Shown one piece after another: positions 1 through 9,024 of a stretch of 64,000 nucleotides of DNA (position 1 is the first letter of the stretch; each line of letters opens with the position of its first letter). A program made the position numbers and the translations under genes. The stretch is from assembly GCA_025060135.1 (NCBI GenBank), contig JANXCY010000002.1, positions 42,623-106,622 of the forward strand, written 5' to 3'. The notes below the pieces were generated by a model that was not told the origin of the DNA, ran no database searches, and was given only the letters and a program-made list of their open reading frames with translations. This stretch comes from Anaerolineae bacterium (GTDB lineage: Bacteria; Chloroflexota; Anaerolineae; B4-G1; DUEL01).

Positions 1-1446
1 CGGGGGCCGGGCTACATGCGCGCCTCCCTCATCTTTGACACCCTGGCATGGCGGGATGCCAGCGGTCAGACCATCCCCTGGCTGGCCACCGACTGGACCG
101 TCTCCGCAGACCAGAAGACCTGGACCTTCACCCTGCGGGAGGGCGTGAAGTGGCACGATGGCCGGCCCTTCACCGCCGACGACGTCGTCTTCACCTTTGA
201 GTACGGCCAGGCCCATCCCGACGTCGGGTGGTTTATGGTCCAGTTGGGCGAGGTGGAGAAGGTGGAGAAACTCTCCGACCACCAGGTCGCCATCCACCTG
301 AAGCGACCCTTCGCACCCTTCCTGCAGACCGTGGCCGAGGCCCTCTTCATCATCCCCAAGCACATCTGGGAGAAGGTGGAGGATCCCAGGGCCTACACGG
401 AGCCGGACGCGTTCATCGGCACGAGCGCCTACCGGCTGGTGGAGTACAGCCAGGAGGAGGGGACGTATCTCTACGAGGCCAACCCCGACTTCTTCCTGGG
501 GACGCCCTACGTCCGGCGGATAGAGTTCGTGCCCGTGAGCGACGAGGCGATGGCGCTCCTGAACGGCGACATCGCGGCTTTTGACAAGTTCGGCGGCGTC
601 AACGAGGAGATGCTGGCTCCCTTCCGCAAGGAGCCCTTCCAGATCAAGCAGGCGCCGGGCGAATGGGGGATGTTCCTCTACTTCAACCTGGAGAAGGACA
701 CCCCCCTGAAGGATGTGCGGGTCCGGCGGGCTGTGGCCCACGCGGTGGACCGACAGGCGCTGCTGGACCGGGTGCTCCTGGGCTTCGGGGATAAGGGCCA
801 TCCCGGTTTCTTGCCCCCGGCCAACCCCTACCACAACCCCGATGTTGCCGATTACCCCTACGACCCGGAGAAGGCAAAGGCGCTGCTGGCCGAGGCCGGC
901 TACGACGGCACGCCCATCCAACTGGCCTACTCCCCCGACTGGATCATGGCCTCCACCCGGGTGCTGGAAATCCTCAAGGCCGGGTTTGAGGCCGCTGGGC
1001 TGAAGATAGAGCCCGTCCCGATGGACCAGGCCACCATAGACGAGGCGGCCAAACAGGGCAACTATGAGATGCTCCTGACGGGCTTCGGCGGCCTGGGCGG
1101 CGACCCCGACCAGTTGCGGCGGATGTTCCACAGCCAGAGCAAGATGGTCGGCTTCTCTCGGGCCCGGGGCTATCAGAACCCGGAGTTTGACCAGTTGGCC
1201 GAGGCCCAGGTCTCTATGCTGGACCCCGCCGAGCGCCGGAAGGCGGTGAACCGGATGCAGGAACTCCTGGCCGAGGACTTGCCCGTCTTCCCCCTCTACT
1301 ACACGGCGCGGGTCGTGGTCTACAACGCCGAGGTCTTTGACAACTGGTACTTCACCCCTGGCGGCTTCGGCGGCGGCGTGCCGATGCCCTACAACAAGCA
1401 TCAGTTCATCGTCGGCCGGCCGGAGGGGCTGGAAATCAGAAAGTAG
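1..1446 (+). CDS. ABC transporter substrate-binding protein, family 5 (peptide/nickel type); 5' end lies outside the window
   Basis: ORF 16..1446 translation (LAWRDASGQTIPWLATDWTV..., FTLREGVKWHDGRPFTADDVVFTFEY) has the family-5 SBP signature. No upstream stop in this frame before the window edge, so the N-terminus is missing. Confidence 0.8.
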   Translation, partial: RGPGYMRASLIFDTLAWRDASGQTIPWLATDWTVSADQKTWTFTLREGVKWHDGRPFTADDVVFTFEYGQAHPDVGWFMVQLGEVEKVEKLSDHQVAIHLKRPFAPFLQTVAEALFIIPKHIWEKVEDPRAYTEPDAFIGTSAYRLVEYSQEEGTYLYEANPDFFLGTPYVRRIEFVPVSDEAMALLNGDIAAFDKFGGVNEEMLAPFRKEPFQIKQAPGEWGMFLYFNLEKDTPLKDVRVRRAVAHAVDRQALLDRVLLGFGDKGHPGFLPPANPYHNPDVADYPYDPEKAKALLAEAGYDGTPIQLAYSPDWIMASTRVLEILKAGFEAAGLKIEPVPMDQATIDEAAKQGNYEMLLTGFGGLGGDPDQLRRMFHSQSKMVGFSRARGYQNPEFDQLAEAQVSMLDPAERRKAVNRMQELLAEDLPVFPLYYTARVVVYNAEVFDNWYFTPGGFGGGVPMPYNKHQFIVGRPEGLEIRK

Positions 1447-1550
1447 GACGCGGATGAACACAGAAAAACGCGGATTTTCAAAGAATCCCCGGTCGGCGCA
1501 GGCCGACCGCCGGCCAGAGGCCCGGAGAGGCCATCTTCAGTTGGCGCCGT

Positions 1551-2222
1551 ATGGACCCCCGCCGCGCTTTCTTTGAACGCCTGGCCGAAGAGTGGGACGC
1601 TCAGCAGCCGCCGGATCGGGAGGAGCGCCTTCGGGGGCTGCTGGCGCCCTTTCGGGAACACCTTCGGGACGCCCGGGCCGTGCTGGAAATCGGCACCGGC
1701 ACCGGCGCGCTGATTCCTATTATTCGGGAGATCGCCCCGGCTGCGCTCATCGTCTCGGTGGACCTGGCCTATAGTATGCTCTGGCAGGCCCGAAGACGGT
1801 GCCCCAACGCCTGGCTGGCCCAGGCCGACGCGCACCGTCCGCCGTTTCCCGCCGGGGCCTTTGACCGGGTGGTCTGCCACAACGTCTTTCCCCACTTCCG
1901 GGACAAACCGGCCGCGCTGGCCGAACTGGCCCGGGTTCTCCGTCCCGGCGGTCTCCTGCTCATCCTGCACGACCGGAGCCGGGAGGAGGTCAACGCTATC
2001 CACCGGAGCGTGGGCAGTCCCATCGGTAATGACCTGCTGCCGACGGGGGCAGAGTTATCTCTGCTTCTGACGCAAGCGGGATTCCGAAACGCAGAGGTGG
2101 AGGACGGGCTGAACAACTACTGGGCCATTGGGTCCAACGATGAGGACTTCTTTGGCCGGAAGGCCGCTCTTTCGCAGGTTCAAAACCTCACCGAAAGAAC
2201 TCCGCTTTCAAAACTTTCATAG
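1551..2222 (+). CDS. class I SAM-dependent methyltransferase
   Basis: Motif I LEIGTGTGAL and a typical MTase-11/UbiE-like fold signature (VVCHNVFPHF). Confidence 0.7.
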   Translation: MDPRRAFFERLAEEWDAQQPPDREERLRGLLAPFREHLRDARAVLEIGTGTGALIPIIREIAPAALIVSVDLAYSMLWQARRRCPNAWLAQADAHRPPFPAGAFDRVVCHNVFPHFRDKPAALAELARVLRPGGLLLILHDRSREEVNAIHRSVGSPIGNDLLPTGAELSLLLTQAGFRNAEVEDGLNNYWAIGSNDEDFFGRKAALSQVQNLTERTPLSKLS

Positions 2223-2233
2223 GGAGGCACAAA

Positions 2234-3541
2234 ATGAAGAGGTTGACGCTGGTAATCGGCGTTCTTATCCTGATAATTGCCTTTCTCTTTGGGTGTGCAA
2301 GACCCGAGAGACCGGCGGCAGATGTCGGGGTGCCACCCAAAATCATCCTGCGTGTGGGCACCGGCGACAGTGGGGAGGGCCTGAATCCCCATCAGGAGAT
2401 CATCGCCCGCTTTGAGAACGAGAATGCGGATATTCTGGTCCAACTGGAGGCGGTGGCTGGACGGGACTACTACACCCGTCTGCTGACCCAGATTGCGGCG
2501 AAGGATGCGCCGGATATCATGCAGATCGGCGACGACGCTGTCCCGATGTTCGCCAGCAAGGGGGCTCTGCTGCCGCTGGAGGACTACATTAAGGGGACTT
2601 ATCCGCTGGATACCCAGATGTATCTGCCGGGCGTTCTGGACCCAGGCCGCTGGGAAGGCAAACTCTGGCTGCTGCCCAAGGATTTCACCCCCCTGGGCGT
2701 CTATTACAACAAGAAAATCTTTGATCAGTTCGGGGTTGCCTATCCTCAGGACGGCTGGACCTGGACCGATTTGCTTCAGACCGCCCAGGCTCTGACCCGG
2801 GACGTGGACGGCGATGGCAAGACGGACATTTGGGGCATTCAACTGACGGCCAACTGGACCACCGGCTTTGAGTACTGGGTCGCTGCAGCGGGTGGTCGTC
2901 TCATCAGTGAGGACGGTAAGCGGTTCGTTGGCTATATGGATTCGCCGGAGACCATTGCGGCCGTTCAGTTCTTCGCCGACCTGTACAACAAGTACAAAGT
3001 GGCTCCGCCCCCTGCCGATTTCAATCTCTGGGCAGGTGGCAACACCGAGTTTGAGAACGGCAAGGCGGCCATGCGCATCTTTGGGCGCTGGCCTCAGGCC
3101 AGATACAGGGAAAACCCCAACCTGGACCTGGGCTTAGTGGGCGTGCCTGCCGGAAAGGTACGGGCCAACATTCTCTTCTGGAGCGGCTTCGGGATTTTTA
3201 GCGGAAGCAAGCATCCCGAAGCGGCCTGGCGCTTCCTGCGCTTCTATGCTGGCAAAGAAGGCTCCGAGGTGTGGAAAGACTGGGCCATCCCACCGGTCGC
3301 TTCCGTTGCGGAGGCCGCCGGCCTGACCACGGACTCCCTGGAAGGCGTCTGGATCAGAGAACTGAACTTCTTGGCGCCCCGGGCCTACGTGTTTACCCCC
3401 TACTGGAACGAGACGGCGGACCCGGCGCTGCGCAAAGCCCTGGAGACGGTTTTGACTGATCCTCAGGCGGACGTGGCCGCTGTTATGAAAAGGGCTGCAC
3501 AGGAAGCGCAAGCGGCTTTGGATGAGAAACTCGGTCAGTAA
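2234..3541 (+). CDS. sugar ABC transporter substrate-binding lipoprotein (family 1)
   Basis: Lipoprotein signal MKRLTLVIGVLILIIAFLFGC; family-1 SBP-like sequence; followed by two permease genes. Confidence 0.8.
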   Translation: MKRLTLVIGVLILIIAFLFGCARPERPAADVGVPPKIILRVGTGDSGEGLNPHQEIIARFENENADILVQLEAVAGRDYYTRLLTQIAAKDAPDIMQIGDDAVPMFASKGALLPLEDYIKGTYPLDTQMYLPGVLDPGRWEGKLWLLPKDFTPLGVYYNKKIFDQFGVAYPQDGWTWTDLLQTAQALTRDVDGDGKTDIWGIQLTANWTTGFEYWVAAAGGRLISEDGKRFVGYMDSPETIAAVQFFADLYNKYKVAPPPADFNLWAGGNTEFENGKAAMRIFGRWPQARYRENPNLDLGLVGVPAGKVRANILFWSGFGIFSGSKHPEAAWRFLRFYAGKEGSEVWKDWAIPPVASVAEAAGLTTDSLEGVWIRELNFLAPRAYVFTPYWNETADPALRKALETVLTDPQADVAAVMKRAAQEAQAALDEKLGQ

Positions 3542-3561
3542 CCGGAATCTCTTCTAAGAAC

Positions 3562-3607
3562 GAACGCAGGCTGCCCGACTGACGCAAAGCGGGGGCGGCC
3601 TGCGTTC
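3562..3607 (+). terminator. hairpin (15-bp stem, one mismatch) downstream of the binding-protein gene; possible intra-operon attenuator/terminator
   Basis: gaacgcaggctgccc ... gggcggcctgcgttc seen directly. No clear U-tract. Confidence 0.35.
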
Positions 3608-3638
3608 TAAACTTTCAGCAGGACTTTCGGGCTTCTCT

Positions 3639-4565
3639 ATGGCGGTTCAGAGTTACCCTCGCTCCCAACAGCGGACAGGCCGCCTGGAAAGGCGGGAAGC
3701 GCTTACGTTTTATCTATGCATTTCCCCCTGGTTGCTGGGCCTTCTTCTGTTTGTTTTGGGGCCGATGGTGGCCTCGCTGATCATCAGTTTCACCCAATGG
3801 GACCTGCTCAGTCCCGCCCGCTTCGTCGGTCTGCAGAACTATCAGAAAATGTTCAACGGCGATCCCCTTATCTGGCAGTCGCTGAGAGTGACGGTCGTTT
3901 ATACGAGCGTGTACGTACCGATGGAGATGGTAGGAGGACTGATTTTGGCCCTCTTGATGAATCAGAGGCTGCGTCTGTTCGGCCTGTTCCGCACGGTCTG
4001 CTACCTGCCTTCGGTCTTGCCTGGGGTCGCCTTCGTGATCGTGTGGATGTGGATTCTCCATCCGGATGTGGGGCTGCTCAACACCCTGCTCTCCTGGGTG
4101 GGGATTCAGGGTCCCCGCTGGCTGGCTGATCCTCGCTGGGCGCTCCCTGCCCTGCTGATGATGAGCCTCTGGGGGCTCGGCCGAAGTATGGTTATCTATC
4201 TGGCTGGCCTCCAGAGCATCCCTCAGTACCTCTACGAGGCTGCGGCCATTGATGGAGCCAGTGGCTGGCAATCCTTCTGGAAAATCACCTTGCCAATGTT
4301 GTCGCCTACCGTCTTCTTCAACCTGGTGCTCAGCGTTATCAGCACCTTTCAGACCTTTACTAGTGCTTTTATCGCCACCGACGGAGGGCCTTTGGACGCC
4401 ACACTGTTCTATGTGCTTTACCTCTTCCGTCAGGCGTTTCAATACTTCAACGTCGGCTATGCCTCAGCTATGGCCTGGGTGCTGTTCGGGATTATCTTTG
4501 CTCTGACGTTACTGATTGTGCGCTCCTCCGATCGCTGGGTCTACTACGAGGGCGAAAGACGATGA
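3639..4565 (+). CDS. sugar ABC transporter permease (MalF/UgpA-like)
   Basis: Six-TM permease with an EAAxxDGA-type motif (YEAAAIDGASGWQSFWKITLP). Confidence 0.85.
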   Translation: MAVQSYPRSQQRTGRLERREALTFYLCISPWLLGLLLFVLGPMVASLIISFTQWDLLSPARFVGLQNYQKMFNGDPLIWQSLRVTVVYTSVYVPMEMVGGLILALLMNQRLRLFGLFRTVCYLPSVLPGVAFVIVWMWILHPDVGLLNTLLSWVGIQGPRWLADPRWALPALLMMSLWGLGRSMVIYLAGLQSIPQYLYEAAAIDGASGWQSFWKITLPMLSPTVFFNLVLSVISTFQTFTSAFIATDGGPLDATLFYVLYLFRQAFQYFNVGYASAMAWVLFGIIFALTLLIVRSSDRWVYYEGERR

Positions 4566-5446
4566 AAAGTGGGGACATTCCGTCCATAAAGCCGATGTCT
4601 TACCGAAGGCTCTCTCACTACGCCTGCAAGGGGCTACGTATCGCCCTGGCCTACTTGCTGGCGGGAACAGTAACGTTCCTGTTCCTTTTGCCCCTGCTGT
4701 GGATGATTTCCTCTTCCCTCAAGCCCGATTACCAGGTTCTGGAGTTTCCGCCTCGCTGGTTTCCCACTCCCGTTCAGTGGTCCAACTATCCGAAGGCTCT
4801 CACCTACGTGCCCTTTGGTCGCTACATCCTCAACACCCTCTTCATATCGATGATGGTCATCGTTGGTCATATCCTATCCTGCGTTATCGTCGCTTATGGC
4901 TTTGCCCGGCTGCGTGCCCCGGGCAAAGACCTGCTCTTCTTGGTTTTGCTGGCCACTATGATGCTGCCCTACCCTGTGACAATGATTCCCCTCTACATCG
5001 GCTTTAAGACCGTTGGCTGGGTCAACTCCTTCTGGCCGCTGATCGTCCCCGCTTTCTTCGGTAGCCCCTTTTACATCTTCCTGCTACGTCAGTTCTTCCT
5101 GACGATTCCACCGGACCTGGAGGATGCCGCTCGTATTGACGGCGCCAACTTATTGCAGATTCTCTGGCACGTTCTGCTGCCTAATCTGAAACCAGCTATT
5201 GCCACGGTGGTCGTCTTTTCCTTTCAGGCATCCTGGAACGACTTTTTGCCCCCGCTCATCTATCTCCACGACCAGTCCAAGTATGTTGTATCCCTGGGGC
5301 TCAGTTTCTTTCGCAGTAGTTACGATATTCGCTGGAATTACCTGATGGCTGCCTCGCTGGTGACGATTTTACCGGTAGTGATTGTCTTCTTCCTGACCCA
5401 GCGGCTCGTTTTAAAGAGCATCGCTCTGACCGGAGTAAAGGCCTGA
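4562..5446 (+). CDS. sugar ABC transporter permease (MalG/UgpE-like)
   Basis: Permease with EAA-loop (DLEDAARIDGANLLQILWHVLLP). 4-nt overlap with the upstream permease gene. Confidence 0.85.
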   Translation: MKSGDIPSIKPMSYRRLSHYACKGLRIALAYLLAGTVTFLFLLPLLWMISSSLKPDYQVLEFPPRWFPTPVQWSNYPKALTYVPFGRYILNTLFISMMVIVGHILSCVIVAYGFARLRAPGKDLLFLVLLATMMLPYPVTMIPLYIGFKTVGWVNSFWPLIVPAFFGSPFYIFLLRQFFLTIPPDLEDAARIDGANLLQILWHVLLPNLKPAIATVVVFSFQASWNDFLPPLIYLHDQSKYVVSLGLSFFRSSYDIRWNYLMAASLVTILPVVIVFFLTQRLVLKSIALTGVKA

Positions 5447-5454
5447 TCGTTATT

Positions 5455-5482
5455 TTGACAATTCTCTGCAACAGCATATAAT
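5455..5482 (+). promoter_or_regulatory. consensus sigma70-type promoter (TTGACA-16-TATAAT) upstream of the Fur-family gene
   Basis: ttgaca attctctgcaacagca tataat read directly. AGGAGG-like RBS (taaggaggtagc) before the ATG at 5519. Confidence 0.6.
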
Positions 5483-5518
5483 TGCATTAACCCCCCTCCG
5501 CTTTTGTAAGGAGGTAGC

Positions 5519-6004
5519 ATGGCCCACTGCCACACCTTAATCGCGGCGTTGCGCCAGCAGGGATGTCGGATGACCCCTCAGCGGGAGATGATCGTGGAGG
5601 CCCTGGCCCACAGTGGCCGCCACATGACCGCTGAGGAAGTCCTAGGGGTTGTCCGGCAGAAGACGCGCGCGGTCAACATCGCCACCGTCTACCGGACGCT
5701 GGACCTGCTGGTGGAGCACGGGCTGGCGACCCGCACCGACCTGGGCGAGGGCCGGGTGGTCTACGCGACGGTCCGGCACGGGCCCCACATCCACCTGGTC
5801 TGTCGCCGCTGCGGACAGGTGCAGGAAGCCGACGCGGCCCTGCTGGCCTCCCTGACTGCCGCCCTGCAAGAACAATATCACTTCTGGTGCGACGCGGGTC
5901 ATCTGGCACTCTATGGGCTCTGTGAAGAGTGCGAGCAAACGGAGCACCGAATCCGCAACACGGAATACGTGAAACGTGAAGGAGGTCATCATGCTGCAGA
6001 GTGA
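5519..6004 (+). CDS. Fur-family metal-responsive transcriptional regulator (Zur/Nur-like)
   Basis: Fur fold: HTH region, HHH..LVC..CG and C-terminal CxxC pairs (CRRCGQVQEA..., CEEC). Confidence 0.8.
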   Translation: MAHCHTLIAALRQQGCRMTPQREMIVEALAHSGRHMTAEEVLGVVRQKTRAVNIATVYRTLDLLVEHGLATRTDLGEGRVVYATVRHGPHIHLVCRRCGQVQEADAALLASLTAALQEQYHFWCDAGHLALYGLCEECEQTEHRIRNTEYVKREGGHHAAE

Positions 6005-6959
6005 GGTCCTTCCATCCCCGACCCCTATGCACATCCCGGACGGGTTCCTGAGCATAGGTGTCGTCATCGTCTGCTGGGTGCTGAGCATCATCGGCATCGG
6101 AATCGCGCTGGCGCGGACCCGGAAGACCCTGGGCGAGCGGCAGGTGCCGGTGATGGGCGTCCTGGCCGCGTTCATCTTCGCCGCTCAGATGCTCAACTTC
6201 ACCATCGCCGGCGGCACGTCGGGCCACTTCCTGGGCGCGGCGCTGGCGGCCATTCTCCTGGGTCCCTGGGCCGCCATGCTCACCATGACCACCGTCGTCG
6301 CCATCCAGGCCCTCCTGTTCCAGGATGGGGGACTGCTGGCCCTGGGGGCGAACATCCTGAACATGGCTGTCATCGGCCCCATTGTCGCCTACGGCTTCTA
6401 TCGGGGAGTGCGGACCCTGGTGGGCAACCGCAAAGGGAGCACGCTGACGGCAGGTTTCGTCGCCGCGTGGGTCTCCATCGTGGTCGCGGCGGCCGCCTGC
6501 GCGGTGGAACTGGGCTTCTCTGGCACATCGCCCATCGGCATCGCGCTGCCCGCGATGGCCGGAATCCATGCCCTCATCGGCATCGGTGAGGGGCTGATCA
6601 CCCTGGGCGCGCTGGCGCTGGTGCTGGCCACCCGACCGGACCTGGTGGAAGCGGAACGGGCACCGGCTCCGGCCGGGATGCGCTGGGTCTGGGGCGGACT
6701 GGCCCTGGCCATCGTGCTGGCTCTTCTTTCCCCCCTGGCCTCCCCCCACCCGGATGGCCTGGAGCGGGTAGCGGAAGACCTGGGCTTCATCGAGCGGGCT
6801 CAGGAGCCCTTCTATGAAGTTATCCCGGACTACGTCTTCCCCGGCATCCCCAACGAAGCGCTGGCGACCATGATGGCGGGGGTCGTGGGGACACTCATCG
6901 TCTACGGGATCGCGGTCGGCCTGGCCGCGCTTTTCCGCCGGAGGGCCCAGACGGCCTGA
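5976..6959 (+). CDS. cbiM: ECF-transporter substrate-capture component CbiM/NikM with C-terminal PDGLE (CbiN/NikN-like) extension
   Basis: N-terminal MHIPDGFLS motif typical of CbiM/NikM; 327 aa with a C-terminal PDGLERVAEDLGF segment plus TM. Probable true start ATG at 5991. Confidence 0.8.
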   Translation: MKEVIMLQSEVLPSPTPMHIPDGFLSIGVVIVCWVLSIIGIGIALARTRKTLGERQVPVMGVLAAFIFAAQMLNFTIAGGTSGHFLGAALAAILLGPWAAMLTMTTVVAIQALLFQDGGLLALGANILNMAVIGPIVAYGFYRGVRTLVGNRKGSTLTAGFVAAWVSIVVAAAACAVELGFSGTSPIGIALPAMAGIHALIGIGEGLITLGALALVLATRPDLVEAERAPAPAGMRWVWGGLALAIVLALLSPLASPHPDGLERVAEDLGFIERAQEPFYEVIPDYVFPGIPNEALATMMAGVVGTLIVYGIAVGLAALFRRRAQTA

Positions 6960-6980
6960 CCTTCTACCCTGCAAACCACA

Positions 6981-7031
6981 TAGCGCAGGCCACCGTAGCG
7001 CAGGCTTCTGTAGCGCAGGCCGTCCGGCCTG
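6981..7031 (+). repeat. three tandem copies of (g)tagcgcaggc; the last runs into a 20-bp element agcgcaggccgtccggcctg containing a hairpin
   Basis: Read directly at 6981-6990, 6995-7005, 7010-7020. The 20-mer at 7012-7031 recurs with one mismatch at 8041-8060. Confidence 0.6.
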
Positions 7032-7071
7032 CAAGTGAGCGCCTTGGATCTGGCCAACCAGAAGATTCCCT

Positions 7072-8037
7072 ATGCGCAGAGCGATTCTTTTCTTGGGAGT
7101 ACTGGTACTTCTGGCCGGTTGTGCCCGGCCTCAGGCCCCTTCAGGCGGCGGGGAAGGAGCAACCCCGGCCCTGTCTCCGGCCGCGCTGGGGGCGGGGGAA
7201 AAGTTGCGGGTCGTCGCCACCACTACCATCGTCGGCGACGTGGTGGCTCAGGTTGGGGGCGACGCGATTCAGTTGTCGGTGCTGCTTCCCCTCGGCGCCG
7301 ACACCCACACCTACGAGCCCCGGCCGTCGGACCTGGCGGCCCTTTCCGGAGCCCATGTCCTTTTCATCAACGGGCTGGGCCTGGAAGCGTTTCTGGAGCG
7401 GGCGCTCTCCAGTGTGGGCGACATCCCCGTCGTCTCCGTATCCGAAGGCATCCGGCCCAGAGCCCTGGAGGCCCACGAGCACGAAGAGGGGCATGAGGGA
7501 GAGCACGAACACGAAGTGGACCCCCATGTCTGGACGGACGTGCGCAACGTGATGGTCTGGGTGGAGAACATCCAGCAGGCCCTCAGCGCGCTGGACCCCG
7601 GGAACGCGTCCCTCTACGCCGCCAACGCCGCCGCGTATCGCAGGGAACTGGAAGCCCTGGATGCCTGGATTCTGGAACAGGTGGCCCAAGTCCCTCTGCA
7701 GAACCGGAAACTGGTTACCAACCATCCGACCTTCGGCTATTTCGCCGACCGGTATGGTTTTGAGCAGGTGGCAACGGTCTATCCGGTGAGCCCTGCGTCT
7801 GAGCCTTCGGCCCGGGAGATCGCCGAACTGGAGGAGACCATCCGGCAGTTCGGCATTCCCGCCGTCTTCGCCGAGACGACGGTCAACCCCAAACTGGCCG
7901 AACAGGTGGCGCGCGATACGGGGGTTCGCCTGGTTACCCTGTACACGCACTCCCTGGGCGGCCCGGGCAGCGGTGCAGAGAGTTACATTGCGATGATGCG
8001 CTACAACGTGGCGGCCATCGTGGACGCGCTGAAATAG
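7072..8037 (+). CDS. metal ABC-type substrate-binding protein, TroA/ZnuA family, with His-rich loop
   Basis: Cluster A-I SBP signature (VVATTTIVGDVVAQVGG..., NHPTFGYFADRYG) and a HEHEEGHEGEHEHEVDPH loop characteristic of ZnuA-type proteins. Confidence 0.8.
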   Translation: MRRAILFLGVLVLLAGCARPQAPSGGGEGATPALSPAALGAGEKLRVVATTTIVGDVVAQVGGDAIQLSVLLPLGADTHTYEPRPSDLAALSGAHVLFINGLGLEAFLERALSSVGDIPVVSVSEGIRPRALEAHEHEEGHEGEHEHEVDPHVWTDVRNVMVWVENIQQALSALDPGNASLYAANAAAYRRELEALDAWILEQVAQVPLQNRKLVTNHPTFGYFADRYGFEQVATVYPVSPASEPSAREIAELEETIRQFGIPAVFAETTVNPKLAEQVARDTGVRLVTLYTHSLGGPGSGAESYIAMMRYNVAAIVDALK

Positions 8038-8040
8038 TGG

Positions 8041-8134
8041 AGCGCAGGTCGTCCGGCCTGAGAGATGCAGGCTCCAGCCTGCGTTGGACCACCTGTGGCA
8101 TTTTGAGGTACAGGCTCACAGCCTGCGCTACGCC
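8041..8134 (+). repeat. downstream copy of the 20-bp element (agcgcaggtcgtccggcctg) plus an inverted copy of the tagcgcaggc motif (cagcctgcgctacgcc)
   Basis: Direct comparison with 7012-7031. Together these flank the ZnuA-like gene. Confidence 0.55.
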
Positions 8135-8210
8135 ACCTTTGGCGTTTTGAGTCCGTTGCAAAAAGCCCGCTTCACCGCCGAGACGCAGAGCACGCAGTTG
8201 ATCCTGGTCT

Positions 8211-9011
8211 ATGCACTTCCACGCGCTGGATACATACGTTCCTGGTCAAAGTCCGGTCCACCGGCTGGACCCCCGGGTCAAACTGGTGCTGACGGTTCTG
8301 TTCATCCTGACCGCCGCGCTGACGCCCGACCGCGCTTGGCTCATCTTCGGGCTGCTGGAAGGGCTGATTCTGGCGGCCATCCTGACCTCGCGGGTCGGGC
8401 TGGCGCTGGTCCAGAAGCGGTCGGCGCTGGCTCTGCCCTTCCTGCTGGCTGCACTGACGGTGGTCTTTGCCCGTCCCGGGGACGCCGGAGATGGGTGGGT
8501 TCTCTTCCTGCCAGGGACACCCTGGGCCGTCAGCGAGGCCGGAATCGGGCGGTTCCTCTCCATCGCTGCCCGGTCGTACCTTTCCGTTCAGGCGGCAGTC
8601 CTCCTGGCCGCCACCACCCAATTCCCCGACCTGCTCTGGGGAATGCAGGCGCTGAAGGTCCCCCGTCTTCTGGTCGCCGTGGGAGGATTCCTGTACCGCT
8701 ACCTCTTCGTCCTGGCCGACGAGGCCCGGCGGATGATGCAGGCCCGGGAGGCCCGGTCGGTGGTATCCGGTGATGAGCGGGCGGGCCGGAGCGTGGCCTG
8801 GCGGGCCCGGGTGACCGGCGCCATGGCGGGAACGCTCTTCCTGCGAGCCTACGAACGGAGCGAGCGCGTCTGGGCGGCAATGGTCGCCCGGGGATACGAT
8901 GGCGAGGTGCGGGTCCTTTTATCTCCCGTCCTCCGCCCGAGCGACTGGCGGGCCGGCGTCGGTTTGGGGCTGCTGCTGGCCCTGATTCTGGCCGCCGCGC
9001 GCGGGCTATGA
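8211..9011 (+). CDS. cbiQ: ECF transporter transmembrane (T) component CbiQ
   Basis: CbiQ-like N-terminus (HRLDPRVKLVLTVLFIL), multi-TM, conserved ARxxR region. Confidence 0.8.
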   Translation: MHFHALDTYVPGQSPVHRLDPRVKLVLTVLFILTAALTPDRAWLIFGLLEGLILAAILTSRVGLALVQKRSALALPFLLAALTVVFARPGDAGDGWVLFLPGTPWAVSEAGIGRFLSIAARSYLSVQAAVLLAATTQFPDLLWGMQALKVPRLLVAVGGFLYRYLFVLADEARRMMQAREARSVVSGDERAGRSVAWRARVTGAMAGTLFLRAYERSERVWAAMVARGYDGEVRVLLSPVLRPSDWRAGVGLGLLLALILAAARGL

Positions 9012-9024
9012 GAGAGGTTGGGCA

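Noticed and set aside
5673-7034. 453-aa minus-strand ORF antisense to the Fur-family gene and cbiM
   Set aside because: Arg/Pro/Gly-rich low-complexity translation typical of antisense frames in high-GC DNA. The sense-strand genes have clear family signatures.
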